64,000 nucleotides of DNA from the human T2T-CHM13v2.0 reference genome, Homo sapiens. This document shows, piece after piece, positions 31,800 through 45,945 of this stretch; positions within the stretch are counted from its first letter, which is position 1, and the number at the start of each line of letters is the position of its first letter. The notes beneath the pieces were generated by a model. The model saw only the letters and a program-made list of their open reading frames with translations, was not told where the DNA came from and made no database searches. Made by a program: the position numbers and the translations under genes. The stretch lies in NCBI RefSeq assembly GCF_009914755.1, contig NC_060927.1; one strand, written 5' to 3'.

Positions 31800-32600
31800 A
31801 AAATGAGGCTATCAATTGTTAGTGTACATATGCCTTTGCATTTGTTTTTCTCAGTTTATCATTTGCCTGTTATTTATTGTGTTTTTATTATCGTAGTTTT
31901 ATTATTTTTCTGGAGTCTATTCTCTGGATTTAGTCCTTGTGTATCTCCTCCTACTATTCTTGTGTTTATAGTGTTTTGATTAAACATTACCTCATGTTCA
32001 TATTTTTATGTTTTAGTTTTTATGTAATGTAAAATATAAATGTAACTCCCCCTCATAATAAAGCCAGCAGTCTCAATGTCATATTTTGAAGAAGTCTTCC
32101 TTTCCTGTACTTATCATTTGACAAAATCTATTTGTACATTTGGCATGTTAAGAAACTTCCCATTTGTCCCACTAGTCTGTAGATATTGCTTTGCTAGTAT
32201 CTACAGATTATGGTCTGTAGGCTATTCGTATTACCATGCCTTTATAACATGACTTTGACACTTGATATTAAAGTGCCCCTTGTAATTTTCCTTTCCTACA
32301 ATGGTACTGATTATTTTTATGCACTTATTTTCCCAGATAAAATTTAGAGTAACCCTCTTAAGTTACAAAAATACACAGTGGTATGTTTATGGGAATTGTA
32401 TTGATATGGGAAATACATACCTTTGGGGGTTATTGACTTCTTTATACTTCTGAGTCTTCAAGTATTCCTGTCCAATATTTTGTCATTTTTCATGTATTCA
32501 ATAAAGGTTTATGTATTCTTTCTTGTAGGTCTTGAACTTTTTTGTTAGATTTACTTTTATGATAGTATGGAGTTCTTTCTAATTTTCTAAGAATATTTGG
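31800..32600 (-). mobile_element. Highly degraded L1M ORF2 fragment
   Basis: TTCCCAGATAAAATTTAGAGTAACC and TTTATGGGAATTGTATTGA resemble antisense L1 ORF2. Confidence 0.5.
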
Positions 32601-34033
32601 TTACTTAAAATTCTTTTTTATTGTAATGCCATTAGCTTTGTTAAAAGTTTCATCCTCAGTTTAGGAAGATGTTGGTTACTCCTTCCTGTAAGCTCCCAAT
32701 TCCTCTGTCCATACTTAACATGTGTTAATCATATATTATTATTGTTATTCATCTTTTATACACTTCTATTGTGTTACAAAATCTGAGAGTGACTCAAATT
32801 CTATTTCTCCAACACAGATTTCAGAAAATATTTCCAAAATGAACCACTTTGCTGTGTGTCGCAAGTTATTGCTACTTCTGAAACCCCCTTTTTCTTTCCT
32901 TGTAATTTTACATTGGCAATTACATTTCAACATGAGTTTTGACTGGGACAAACCACACCATCTAAACTGCAGCATTCTGTTTTAGGTATATTGCCTTCTT
33001 GGAGACAGACTATTCGACTTCCGTAATTAAAAAGAAGTCCAACTCTTAGGCCTGTTCATTATAGAAAAATTGATTCATAATTATAAGTGAAATTTATATT
33101 TCATTAAACATTTTTTCAACGAATTGACTAGTGTCCTAATGGTCTTGTTTATTTAAACAATTAAATTAACATTTAATGAGCAAGAAAACTTGTAGTCAAT
33201 TAAAGACCAAAGTAATATACATACTGCATTTTCCAGCAATTAATTGATAACTTGCTTACCACGGGCTAACAATTAACCAGGGAAACATTCCTAGGAAGTA
33301 GAAAACATTAATGCAAATGAGTTTCGGATTTATTCTTTTCAAATCAGTTTACCATGTTATCTAATCTGGCATAAACAGAAAACCCCCAAGAAGGATTAAC
33401 ATTCAAAAAACATCTCTAAAGCCTGCTGGTGTTGGGAACCCTAATCGTTTTGGCAACATAAATTGTTAAAGCAAGGAATTTCTAAAGGCAGTTGACAGCC
33501 ATCACAAGTATCTGAATTGAAAAAAAAGAAGAATAAATGAGTTTTCTATATGTTGCCCTATATGCTGTAGACTAGCAGCTCACAGTATGTTCTTGGCCTG
33601 TGGGGCTATTACTGTGATCATGCTCACCTATAGCCATGGCTGGCAGCATACGTGGTTATACGTATCATAGCTAAATGATACCTCCACCACCAAGAAAGCA
33701 TATTGCAAGTGACTGTGAGAGACATTATGAACCTTGACTTTTCACTACTTTATATTTAGAAAGTCATTCATTTTTTTTTTTTACCCTGATCCTTTAACAC
33801 TTATTAACTCAAAACTGAATGTGACCCAAAGTGGGTCACTATGCTGTGTCATTACATCATGATTGAGAATTGCTGGAGTAGAGCCTATTTTTGTAATTCC
33901 TGTGAATGAGACTCATGATTCTCTTCAGGTAAACCACTGAAGATTCATTCACCTCTCCAGGTGTTCAATGAGTTAGTGTTATATTTGACAATGGGGAAAA
34001 ATTACAGCTATCATGTGAGTAAAATAACTAGAT

Positions 34034-34246
34034 TAGGGTTTCTCAACCACAGCACTATTGATATTTTTGCAGGTTAGTTCTTTCTTGCGTGGGGCTCCCT
34101 TGTGCATTCTAAGATGTTTAGCTGCTTCCTTGGTTTCTGTCCACTAGGTGCCAGTAGTAGCCCCCACAGTATGACAATTAAAAATGTCTCCAGACATTGC
34201 CAAGTGTCTGCTGGGGGACAAAATCAACACCAGTTGAGAACCACTG
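34034..34246. mobile_element. MER20 (hAT-Charlie MITE)
   Basis: TIRs TAGGGTTTCTCAAC and GTTGAGAACCACTG; core AAAAATGTCTCCAGACATTGCCAA. Confidence 0.9.
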
Positions 34247-35607
34247 CTTTACTTCACCAAGTAAGTTTGTACTGCTTATGTTCACCTTGGGAGGCTGTGT
34301 AGGCAAAGACCCAGGAACTGGTTATCCTGTTAGTAATACCTCATGCACTTATATAATCAATTCTGACTCTACTCAAGTTATTCCAGAGAATGATAAACTC
34401 TTCACATGGTTTGAAAACCAAAGGGAATATGCAGTGATAAAATCACCTACAAGAGACGTGTTTTCTTGCCTTTCCAGGGATAGCCAAATGAGATGAAGAA
34501 GTTCATAGTTTGTTAAAAATATTTGGTTCATTTTTAGAGGGAACTTTAATGTGTTTTTCTGAATGATGTGGCATTAATCACCAGAAAAAAAATGTTCTTA
34601 CCTAAAGGAGACATCCCTATTCTGCACTTTTGAGACACAACCATCTCGTGTTCTGCAGGAAAACGAGTCTTGTGTTGACTCATAGTTCATCTGTTTGTGA
34701 TATCGTCTTCATCTGGGCAGACTGTAGAGAGAAATTACATGAGGTCTATTAAGGCTCGAACGTTACCCATCTATCCCAGTAGAACAGTCACCAAAAAAGA
34801 TAATTTTTCTCAATATCACCATTACCTTCAGTCTGTATGAAATTATTTCCTTTGTCTACAGAAAACCAATGGATCATTTTAACTATTTATTCTGCTCAAG
34901 TTGTCAAACTAAAGCAGAGTGGAAATGCCAATAATTTATAGCCAGGCCTTAACACACTTCTAGCGTATCATAGATGGAAACCTAAACACACAGTAGACAG
35001 GTTTCATCAATAAAAGAAAAATAGCTGGCCATGATAAGGCAGACCAAAATCTATGTGGACAAGTCTTCACCAAAAGGGAATTCACATTTAAGTTTTCATC
35101 AAATATATTTTTCCCATCACCTTTCATGCTGTTAACACTTGGTGATAGTGATCGGTTATTTCTGTACCCTGAAGAGTCTGGCGTTGGCCTGGCACTGACA
35201 AAGTGCAAGCAACAAAAGGATCTTGAATAAATGGATCAATTAGCAGTTCTGTTATTATCAGAAAAGATTGTAGCATTATAATTACAGCAGCAATGTGACT
35301 TCTATGCAATGAAACAAGTAACACTCAGTGCATTTGTCATTTTTTGGTCTAAAATATCAGCAAATAAACTGATATTTATCAAAACAAGCCTCTTCTTTAT
35401 AGAATTTCTTAAGGTAGAAACATATTCCTAAGAAGAAACCTGAGTGAGACTGGAACCAGGAATGGTTTCATGATGCAATGTTTTTTAAAAAAGATTTTTT
35501 AAAATAAAATTAGCTTTATATTTTAAAACATCTCTCTAATAAACAATTTACGTGTAACAAACATACAACACTTGGAAAAGACAGAAATAGGTATTATTAA
35601 GAAATCT

Positions 35608-35977
<370 letters not shown>

Positions 35978-36293
35978 TTATCACAATTACTTCATATAAT
36001 CTGAGATAAATATATCTGCTTCTTTAAGTTGACAATATATTATGAACATTTTGAGTTTCATTATAGATTTAGACACATTGCTTTCGAGGGTTATGCAAGA
36101 TTTCACTGTAATGAGTGTACCAAGATTGATATAATTATATGTTTATTACTGGCTATTTAGGATAAGTTAGTATTGCTCAGTTTAAAAAACATATTAGAAT
36201 TACTATTCCGCACATTTTTGTGCCTTGAACTTGGAATTGAACTTGGAATTGAGGCTACGTCTGTTTTTAAGCATCTTGTTAAATCTCACCAAC

Positions 36294-36718
36294 TGTTATA
36301 GCTTGAATTGTGTTCCCCTAAAAGTTATATGTTTTAATCTGAACTTTCAGCACTTCAGAATATGATGTTATTTAGAAACAGGGTCGTTGCAGATGCAATA
36401 AGTTAAGATGAGGTAACACTGGAATAGGTGGGCCCCTAAGTCAATATGACTGGTGTCCCTATCCAAAGGGGGAAATTGGGTACAGACCAACAGAGGGAAG
36501 GTAACATGGAGAGACACAGGGAGAAGATGGACATCTACAATCCAAAGAGAGAGGCTGAGAAAGATCCTTCTCCCACAGCTCTGAGAAGGTTTGAGCTAAC
36601 GCTGCCAACACCTTGGTTTCAGAGTAGTATCCTTGAGAACTGTGAGGCAATACATTTCTGTTGGTTAAGCCACTGAGTTCGTGGTACTTTGTTACTGCAG
36701 TCCTAGCAAATCGATACA
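36294..36718 (+). mobile_element. MLT1B-like MaLR solo LTR
   Basis: TG...CA ends; TTGAATTGTGTTCCCC, GAGAACTGTGAGGCAATACATTTCTGTTG and GCAGTCCTAGCAAATCGATACA. Confidence 0.9.
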
Positions 36719-38699
36719 ATGAGCCAACACTGCAGAAAAGTTATCCCCGCTCAGAGTGCCCTCTCCCTAGCCAGTCCCAGCATACCTCTACTGATGCCTA
36801 AAACAGTTTTGCCAAGACTTTTTAATCTTTTGCTATCTTTTTTCTCCAGGTCAGTGTGTATCTCTATTTCCCTTCTTCCAGTCTGTAGTCCTTGTAGAGG
36901 GCGTTGTCTTATCATATCATTCCTATAGTCTTGAAATAATTAAAAAATCATAATACTAGCAACAACAGGTAATATTGAATGCTTTCTATGTTCAGGCTTT
37001 ATACTAAACTAAGCTCTTCATGTTAATTATCTCCTTTATTGCCATGTTAATGGACTCATAGAAATGAAGCATAATCTCCATGCGTTTTTGTCGTTTGTTT
37101 TGCTTTGTTGTATAGGTGGTGTCCTGTGTGTTTTTCACATCCATTATATGTTGACAGCTTTGCTACTCTGGCATAAACCTTTAAAAATGATTGCTCCCTG
37201 GTGCGGGGTTATAACTAACGAAGCTCTAACTACAGTGGTTCTCAGAAAAACAGATTAGAATTTGCATTAGGGTGGCATTTATTCCGGGAGTGGGAATTTT
37301 CACTGAATTGAATTCCAATTCAGTTGGAATGTCACTGGAATCTTCATAGTATTTCAGTTCACCGAGTAACCCCCCACCTCACCCTGAGGAGGGAGGAGCA
37401 CAGCAGCCAAAAAAGACCCTTCTGATGGTCAGGAGGCCAAGTAGGAGACAAACGTTACTAAGTGATTGTGAGCATCCAGGACGATGGTGCTGAAAGCTGA
37501 AGGAGGAGTGGAACACAGCCTCTGGGGCTGAGGAGAAGAAACCATCTGAAGCCAGAGTAGTAAGGAGAGGGGTACAGGGAGGCGACTGGGAAGCAATCAG
37601 TGAGGGTTGGATTGGGGCAGGCCGGGAACAATCTGAGGGGCAAGACTGACAGAGCAGGGTTTGGGAACAGGGGGAGAGGAGAATTTGTAGCAAGACGAGA
37701 TGGTCTCATGTCAAGGAACAGAAAGAGAAGTTAATGAAAGGAGAATGGGCTGACAGCTGCTCTGGATTTTTGTCATTTAGGATGCAGCTGCTGGCTAATG
37801 TAGGGCTGTTTGGGTGAAGACAGCTGTCAAAGCCTGATGTTAGCAAACCTCCCGCGTAAGCACTATGCAAACACTGCTGCAAGGGTGGAGTTTAATGGGA
37901 GAAAAAAGTTTGTTTTTTTTTTTCTCATTAGAACAGATTTCTTACTATCAGTAAAGAAACGTGTATTTTGCTCTGAACTCTTTAAGGGATCACCTAGGAA
38001 ATATGTGGTTTCAGATTTAGAGGGTGTGAAAACTGGTAGGAGCCTAAAGACCCTTGGTTTTAAATAGCCTGAAGCTCTGAAGGGTTGGGAGCATTCATTT
38101 ATTGATTTATGCCAATGCCTTCTCCAAGTGTCTAGCCTCAATTCAGTGAATGTTCTTTCAGCCTGAAAGAGTTAATGCTGCTTCCTGGGTGCACTTTGGC
38201 TTTTTCCTCCTAGGGGAGCTACTAATGTATTTTTTTTCCAAAGGTGTGACATGAGGGCTTGATGTCTTCATAGAGAGACCCTGCCTGTCTACTGCAAAGA
38301 CCTAATCTCCTGTATGGGTAATAAAATGCTTGTTTATGCATGAAGCTAAATATCAAATTTGGCTAAAATGCAGATGATGGTGACAGCCATAATCCTATAT
38401 GTGTTTCTTTTGGGAGTTCCTTAATTGTATTCACAACTGTCTAGCTGGAGAAGATTATGTGCTCGGATTTATCTAGTTTGAAGTTCATTCATCTCATATT
38501 CGGGTAGCTGTCTTTACCTTGGCCCTGCCATTATTCACTAATCACTCCTTCTCCAATCATAGCAATCAAAGACCAAACATTTGCCAAATTATCTATTATA
38601 TATTTATTTTGCATCCCTTTGCTTCATCCAGCCAGCAAGAATTTTCTGCTAACCCAGGTGTCTAGAGAAAATGATTTTGTGAAGAATTGTTTCTGGCTG

Positions 38700-38835
38700 A
38701 TTATTTATTCATTCTATCTTTTAATAAAAATGTACTCGGTGCTTTTCTTGTGTGCCATGTGCCACGCTAGGTGCTGGGAATATGGTGGTGAACAAAAACA
38801 AACACTCTGTGCCATCCTGGGCACTGCAGTCTAGT
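38700..38835 (-). mobile_element. L2 3' end
   Basis: TTTATTCATTC...TGTGCCATG..CACGCTAGGTGCTGGGAATATGGTGGTGAACAA. Confidence 0.65.
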
Positions 38836-39789
38836 GATAACAGCTGCAAACTCAAGGGTCCCCCAGGATTCCTGTCAGCTTTAACCACTGCATCATCACT
38901 CCAGAGTAGAACTTCCAAAGTCATTCAAGCCTTATAAACAGGTCTTCTGGGAAACACTGCAGTCGCTAACAGCAGTGGTAGCACTGGGGCTGGGTTTTCC
39001 CAGTCAGTGGTTTGTATTCCCAGTGTGACCCCCTGGCCTTTGCATGTAATCGAGTCTATCCCATTGCACATCCTCCGATCCTGCTTCCTGAGAACTGGTC
39101 CACAGCAACTGAATCCTTTTCAAATCAGAAAGAGAATGTGTTCACAAAGGCTTATTTCTCCCAAGAGAATGTACAGGATCAAGGCTGCAGTTTATAAATT
39201 CCGCTTTGGTTTAGCACTCAATAATGCCAGCGTCTCCACAGGAAAGCTTTTGTGGTCTTAGTACACAGCAAGCATGACATTTCACTATAACATTCTGTAA
39301 TCTTAGATGAATTTTCCAGGTGGCTTTGCTCATTTAATTATTGAGTTTTATAACAGTAGTTCTGGCCCTTATCCAAGGATTGATGGAATCCAAGTCATTC
39401 TCCTTCCCATCAGCCCCACTTGGTACTAGATCCCTGGATCAAATCCAGAGGAAGAGCATTGTCCCCTCCCTTATCTCTCCCTTCCTTTCAGACTTACACA
39501 GGGTCTTCTGTGTGTAGGGCAGTAGGGACATAAAGATAAGCGGCAGATATATATGCAGTTCTGCCTCATTTAGTGGAAGGACCCACAAGAAGGCACCATT
39601 TTAGTATAACGTAAAAACTCTAGAAATTGCAGATAATGACAGAGCTAAAAGTTTGGACTAGGGCTTCAAGCTGAAATGAGCTTGGGTGATGGGAGAGAAG
39701 TTGGTATGGGTACATGTCTGTACATGTTATTTGATAATGAAAACAGTTTTTAATACTTACTGTAATTATAAGGCCAGATTCCGAAACAG

Positions 39790-40130
39790 TAAGAACAAGT
39801 AGGTATAGTAAAGTGATAGAGGGCCCATCAAGGTTCGGTGTGCTGTGGAACACGGAGGAGGGGGTGATCCATTCCCCTCCAGAGACTTCTTGGAGAGGTG
39901 ATACTTGACCTGAGTCTTATGGAATCAGGCAGTAGATAGAAAAGTAATTCCTGGCTAAGGGTGCAACATGAATATAGTCCAATGGAAAAGCATTTGGGTA
40001 TGAGCCAGCACAGTTTCAAGTTGTCGTTTGATGTGACTAGTGGATATTGGTGTGAAGGACAAGTTTTGGGAGAGATGAAGGAAGCAGGACTCAGATCATG
40101 AAGAACTTTGTATGTAAGGTGCACAAAAGA
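39790..40130 (-). mobile_element. L2 fragment
   Basis: AGACTTCTTGGAGAGGTGATACTTGACCTGAGTCTT and CAGATCATGAAGAACTTTGTATG. Confidence 0.65.
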
Positions 40131-40328
40131 TCCAAATGTCAAGCGTTTTCAAACAAATCAGAAGCCCTACTTAGCATCAAGCTTTACTATTAATTTAAAG
40201 AATGCAATTAATCATTAGGCTAATGCAAGAAAGGGAGCAGTCCAAGGACACAAGCATAGCTCCCCAGTCCCTTCTTGCTGAGTCAGGCAGGATGCACTCT
40301 GGCCCAGGTCAACAAATGTGATTTTTAA

Positions 40329-40656
<328 letters not shown>

Positions 40657-41057
40657 GCAGTTACATTATTTATGCAAAACAAAGCAGTTTTGGCCATACA
40701 TCATCTCAATTTTACACTTACATAGTCAGATAGCTTACATGATGTTTTCCAGGGAGCTGTGTTCCGTAAATCTATAGTGTTCTATGTTTGTTTACCATAA
40801 GCAATCCTAGAAAGACTAGGTACGTCTCACTAAAAGCATTCCATTAATAAGGCTTCTGCTAGCAAACATCAATTTTATGTTTGCCAAGTCTATTATTATG
40901 CTATTAGTATGGTTACAAGAAGATTTGGCCTTTTTGCTTTATTTCCTTCCTGGGTAATTTCCTGTCCACCTTCCCCACACAGGAATGAGTGAGAATGGGT
41001 TGTAGGCTTCCTAGTCACCATTTCCTTCTTAGTATGCATTTCGACTATTATAAAAAC

Positions 41058-41240
41058 CAGTGTGGCATTCGAAATACAGTCCACACAATCTGAATCACCT
41101 GGGATTCTGAGTGAAATGCGTACACCTGTATCTTGCCCAAGACCTACTGAATTAGTTCTCTCAAGTGGGGCCCTGGGAATTTGCATTTTAAAGAAGCTCA
41201 CAAGATAATTATTATGCAAGCTAATGTTTGAGGCTTTATT
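41058..41240. mobile_element. MER5A-like (hAT-Charlie)
   Basis: GAATCACCTGGG, AGACCTACTGAATTAG and GGGGCCCTGGGAATTTGCATTTTAA. Confidence 0.75.
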
Positions 41241-41839
41241 AGTAAATGATGGTGGAATTTGAAGTGAGTTCCAATGTTTAAACTAGGGGTAATTCTGAGA
41301 TCTTCAGTAGCTTAAACTGTATGAAACAAAGCTAGCACTGAAAACTTAGTAATCAATTTGGGAGATAAGGAATAAAACGTCCAGGGCATGATGGCTAAGA
41401 TTATTGGAGTGAAAAAGATACATTATTTTTCATTCTAGTCAGAGCTCTGAGAATGTCAGGATTTTAACTTTCCTGGGTAAATGCGTCACCCATTCATACT
41501 AACATTCTGTGGTTATTCTACATGACTAATTGAAATGTGCTCTATCTTTTATGACAATAAAACAATTGAAATGTGCTTGATATATGGTGTTAAACTAAAA
41601 TTCAAATATTTTTGAGTGGATACTTCCAGATTGCTCTTGTTTGATTATTTCTAGCTATATTCAGAGATAAACTTATTTTTCTTAGATAACAGATTATAGA
41701 AGTATTGCTTAGGAGAAGGGCTTTAGGCCCCAATCTTTAGTTCATCATTTGTTTGAGTGAAGTAGCACTGGAAGAAATTAACACTACAGTGGTGATGACA
41801 ATACATCATTATCTATAGTGTATTCTATTCAGGCAAATT

Positions 41840-42085
41840 ATTGGACTGTATAGCTGGTCAGCCAAAAGCCATAGATCAAATTCCAGAGATACCACATTCT
41901 TGTTGTATGACACTAGGCAATTTATTTAACCTTTCTGAGCATCAGTTTTCACCTATGTAATTGAGATTAATAAGAAAATCCACCTTTAAGTGTTGAGAAA
42001 TTTAAATGAGAACATTCATGTAAGCAGAGAAAACAAAGTATTGAGATTATAGTGTTTAACAAATGGTAGCTATTGTTATTAGGGT
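41840..42085 (+). mobile_element. MIR
   Basis: GGCAATTTATTTAACCTTTCTGAGCATCAGTTTTC core. Confidence 0.75.
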
Positions 42086-42134
42086 CATTATATACATACA
42101 TGCAGGACAGGCAGTTTTAATATGCCCAATAACT

Positions 42135-42202
42135 TTTTCTCTTCTGTAGTAAACAATATGCTTCATTTTCTCTTCTGTAGTAAACAACATGCTTCATTTT
42201 CT
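42135..42202. repeat. 31-bp tandem duplication (one mismatch) within a degraded LTR16-like element (about 42100-42545)
   Basis: TTTTCTCTTCTGTAGTAAACAA(T/C)ATGCTTCA twice, then TTTTCT. Confidence 0.9.
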
Positions 42203-44084
42203 TAATCCACTATTCCTTCCTCTCTTCCATGTATTTTCTGGTAGTGCTGCCAATCAAATTACCTCTTTTTTCTCTGGCTGAGAAGTAGGTACTTGACCCA
42301 CATTCATCCACTCAGAATGTCCCTACGAGGAACTGAATCTTAAGAACAGAAAATGGCTAGAAAAGAAGCATTTTAAGAAAACCCTTGAAGAACTTGTCCA
42401 TAATTCCTCCTACTCAGTTTCTTGATAATGACTGTATTCCTGCCCTTCCTTAGATTCAATGAGATACCCAATTTTTTTAGTACATTCATTTACATTTTCA
42501 AGAGCATTGGTTTCTGATGCTTATAATCAAAGGATCCTCAATGATGTATTAATGTTGAGGTTTTGACATATATCAAGGGACTATTTCACCTCTGTATAGT
42601 TTGTATAAATTTTAGATTTTCATACATGTGGGGTTTTTCTACTCTTATTTAATGTTATTATGTACCTTTATCCTAATAATATTAAAAATATTTTGCTAGC
42701 ATCATTTTTAATGGCTACATGCTATTCCACCACAGAATTTTCCCGCAGTTTGCTTAATGATTTTCCTATGTTGGACATTTCAGGTATTACTACTCTCTGC
42801 TGTTACAAATAAAGTTCAGGAACATTGGTGACTAATTTTAGTGTTGCATCAACCTAACTGACTGTAAGTCTTCTGTCTTAAACACAGACCAAATCAGGCC
42901 AGGGTGAGTAAAGTTGGAGATCCCTTAAGCACATGCTACAGAGTCCCATGTGCCCGGAACATCAAAGACTCTCTCATTGTCTCCTTCAGCTTGCCCCAGT
43001 AAGCAACCAACTACACGTCCCATTTCTTTAGGGTGTGATAACATCAAGAATATAAACAGGTACTTTAAAATGGTTTTATTATGTACAAAGATTGAAATAT
43101 TTAATAGACCAGTGTTGAATGTTGAGAAGTCATGATACTACAGGAAATAATAGCTAATTTTGAATTTTTTCAATACCGAGCCCAAGTGGTTCTCTTTAAC
43201 TCTGCCAATTCTGCCCATATCTCTAAAGTGGAGTCTGTACTCTGGACTTCACCTGCAGAACTGCAGAAGCTGAGAGAGTGAGTCTCATGGAGAGGTTGCC
43301 CTAGAATATATTTCAAGCAGCATCGATCCCACACAAAAGTAATCTCTTAATCATCTTACATAGAGCTCTGATCATGTATTCTTTATGCTTCAGATTGTGC
43401 TATTTTTATGGTTTGGACTCCTCAGGACTTTCTGAAATCTGAACATATATAAAGAGAATCATCTTTCTTTATATATGTAGACATTCAAGATTCTATGGTG
43501 GTTTTCTATGAATATGAAATCACAGATATCTGTTAGAGTGTGTGTAGTGCAATATTTTTGGAAAAGACATAGTCTAAGATTTTACGCTCATTGAGAGAAA
43601 GTGATTTGATTTTTCTATTGTTTGAGGTTTGTTAAAAAGTTCTAGAAATGTTAATAATACATTTTATTAACCCGATGAAAGCAACCTCTTGAAACATAAT
43701 TCTGGTGATCAGTATATTTACTGGGTATCATAAATTCATTTTAGTATTAACCCAAATTCAAATTAACTTAATTATCTTTCATTTGAAAAAACAATAACAC
43801 TTTTATGTCCTGGGATAGTATAATGAGATCAAGTGAATTCAATTTGATTTGGTGATTAGATTTCCCAAGGCCAGGTCTATTTTTCTTGGCATGTATTGCC
43901 CCCTTGTCTCCTCCTTTTGAAAGCTTGATATTTTATTCTAGAAACCTAAACATATTTTCTTGTTGTAACCAACATCAATGCAATAACAATGACCCGATTT
44001 GTCAGTTTGTTCTTTTCAAAGAAAAGAACTATTAATCACTGATAGAGAGTGTTAAACCCCTGATACATTAGATAAGCTACGCCC

Positions 44085-45830
44085 AAGTGTTGTTTTCACA
44101 ATATCTGTTATACTCCTGAAAATTACTGTGGAACCTAAAGAACTTTAGTTCATGTGAATCATGCCTATTGATATTTACCAAATTAAAAATTAAATTTGAC
44201 AAGAAATATATTTTTTGTAATTCTTATAAACCTATTACATGCTAACATTAATAACAGTTATATTAGAAATAAAACTTCAATATTCTAAAGCAAAAATTAG
44301 AAGAGTGGCATTGTTTCATATTTTTTTTTTTGATTTCTTTAATGGCTGGCTTAATAGAAGCCAGCTAGATTCACATCTGCTTCTGCATTACATTTATTTC
44401 AATATGTTATTTTGGCTGATGTATAGGAATAAAACCTGGCCTCACATGCGTAAGTAGCTGAACAAGGGAGATGAGTATTTTAATATCCTGTGCATAGATA
44501 ATTGTGGATGATCTTCTTTGATACTATAACAAAACTTGACAAGTGGTACTTTCTTAAATGTTAGTTGCAATGTGGAATCTAAAATATTATCAATGAACTT
44601 TTTGAGCTCTGGTTTATTAATCTTTTATCTTCCTCATATTTTAAGTGGTCCTTTTACCCATAAACAGTTTACAGCATCATGCATTGATATTTTGAAGGAT
44701 ATTGGTTCACTCTGTTATGCACATTGTCAAGACTATTGTAATAGGAAGGCAAGACAGAGCTCAACTCTGAATACAGCAAGACAGTTGGGGATTTACAGCC
44801 AACAGGCAGAGTCTGTGCATGGAAAATTACTAAGAGGAGACATCAAGAATAGGGAGAGTCTTGCTAAACCAACTTAACAGGATTCTTACTGAAAGCAGGT
44901 CAAAGACTTAAACATCAGTGGGGTGATTCTCATTAAACTGACTTAGCAGGATTTTTGCAAAAACTGGGCTGTGCAGGCCTGGCAAGAATGGGAGCCAAGG
45001 CTGAGGATTAATTGAGAAGAGGGCTCAGAGGGTCCTGACTAAAGTTTGGTCAAGAAGATCATCTGTGTTAACATCTTTCAAATGTTGACATATTTCATTA
45101 TACAATTTCAGAAATCCACAGTTGTTAACACCACAACTAAATTCATCAGAAAAGTCTTTAAGTTTCGGGAAGCTGTCATGCTGATAGTGGCAGAGATTTC
45201 CAATGTTCTAATTTTGACTTTAAGGCTCAATTTTATAACTGGTGCCAAACACTGTTCACCTTTTCCTTGAAGTGACAGGCTCACTTTATTTATTTATTTA
45301 TCTTTAGAAAATATCTGTCAAATGCACAATGCTGAATAATCGTACTCTGTCTATTGTTCTTTTGAGTAAAATTGATGTTCCACATGAAAGGCAGCCATTT
45401 CAGCCAGGTAGAAGAGCTTTCTCTCAAGATAACCATCACATTTCATTATGCAGAAGTATATGAAAGGATACTACTTCCAGGTATGTGACTTAAATGTTAA
45501 ACAGGTGTACTCAAGGGTTAAGATTTAACAACTTTTACTGCTTTGTCAAGGACAATCTTAGGCAAAACTGGCACTGAAAAAAAATTGCAAGTGCATTTTG
45601 GTGCAGAATACAATGAATAGTAGTATGGTTTAGTTTCAGTGTTTTGATTTGTGCTAACGCAACAGTAGTCTTACCCACCATAGCTTTTGCACCAATTAAT
45701 AAAAATGTCAACCAGCGAAAAAGGCTTCGACCGTCTGAATATTTTTAGGAAAGTAGTTTTGACCTCATGGACCCCATGAAAGGGTTCTGGGAACTCCCAG
45801 GGTATGCAAACCAAACTTTGAAAACTACTT
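44085..45830. mobile_element. Charlie1a-like hAT DNA transposon, split by MER31
   Basis: CCTAAAGAACTTTAGTTCATGTG, AGAAGAGTGGCATTGTTT and GACAAGTGGTACTTTCTTAAA; end GACCTCATGGACCCC...ACTTTGAAAACTACT. Confidence 0.85.
44725..45068 (-). mobile_element. MER31-like ERV1 LTR
   Basis: Reverse complement contains TTGACCAAACTTTAGTCAGG..CTCTGAGCCCTCTTCTCAA and AATCCTGCTAAGTCAGTTTA. Confidence 0.8.
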
Positions 45831-45945
45831 AGATCGTCAACATTTGGAAAATGATTTCTGCTGTACCATTTTATGCTAACCTTCAATTTTGCTAATTTCC
45901 CAGGGGCCTGTGGGGGTTCTGGTAACCCATTAGCATTCTTTTGAA

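Noticed and set aside
33821-33839. Hairpin GTGACCCA-AAG-TGGGTCAC, and the 9-bp inverted repeat at 37302-37324
   Set aside because: Stems of 8-9 bp are expected by chance at this scale; the first may be a hAT-element relic.
37560-37680. G-rich stretch as a G-quadruplex or promoter
   Set aside because: The G runs are separated by long, irregular loops, there is no CpG island, and it may be a degraded L2.
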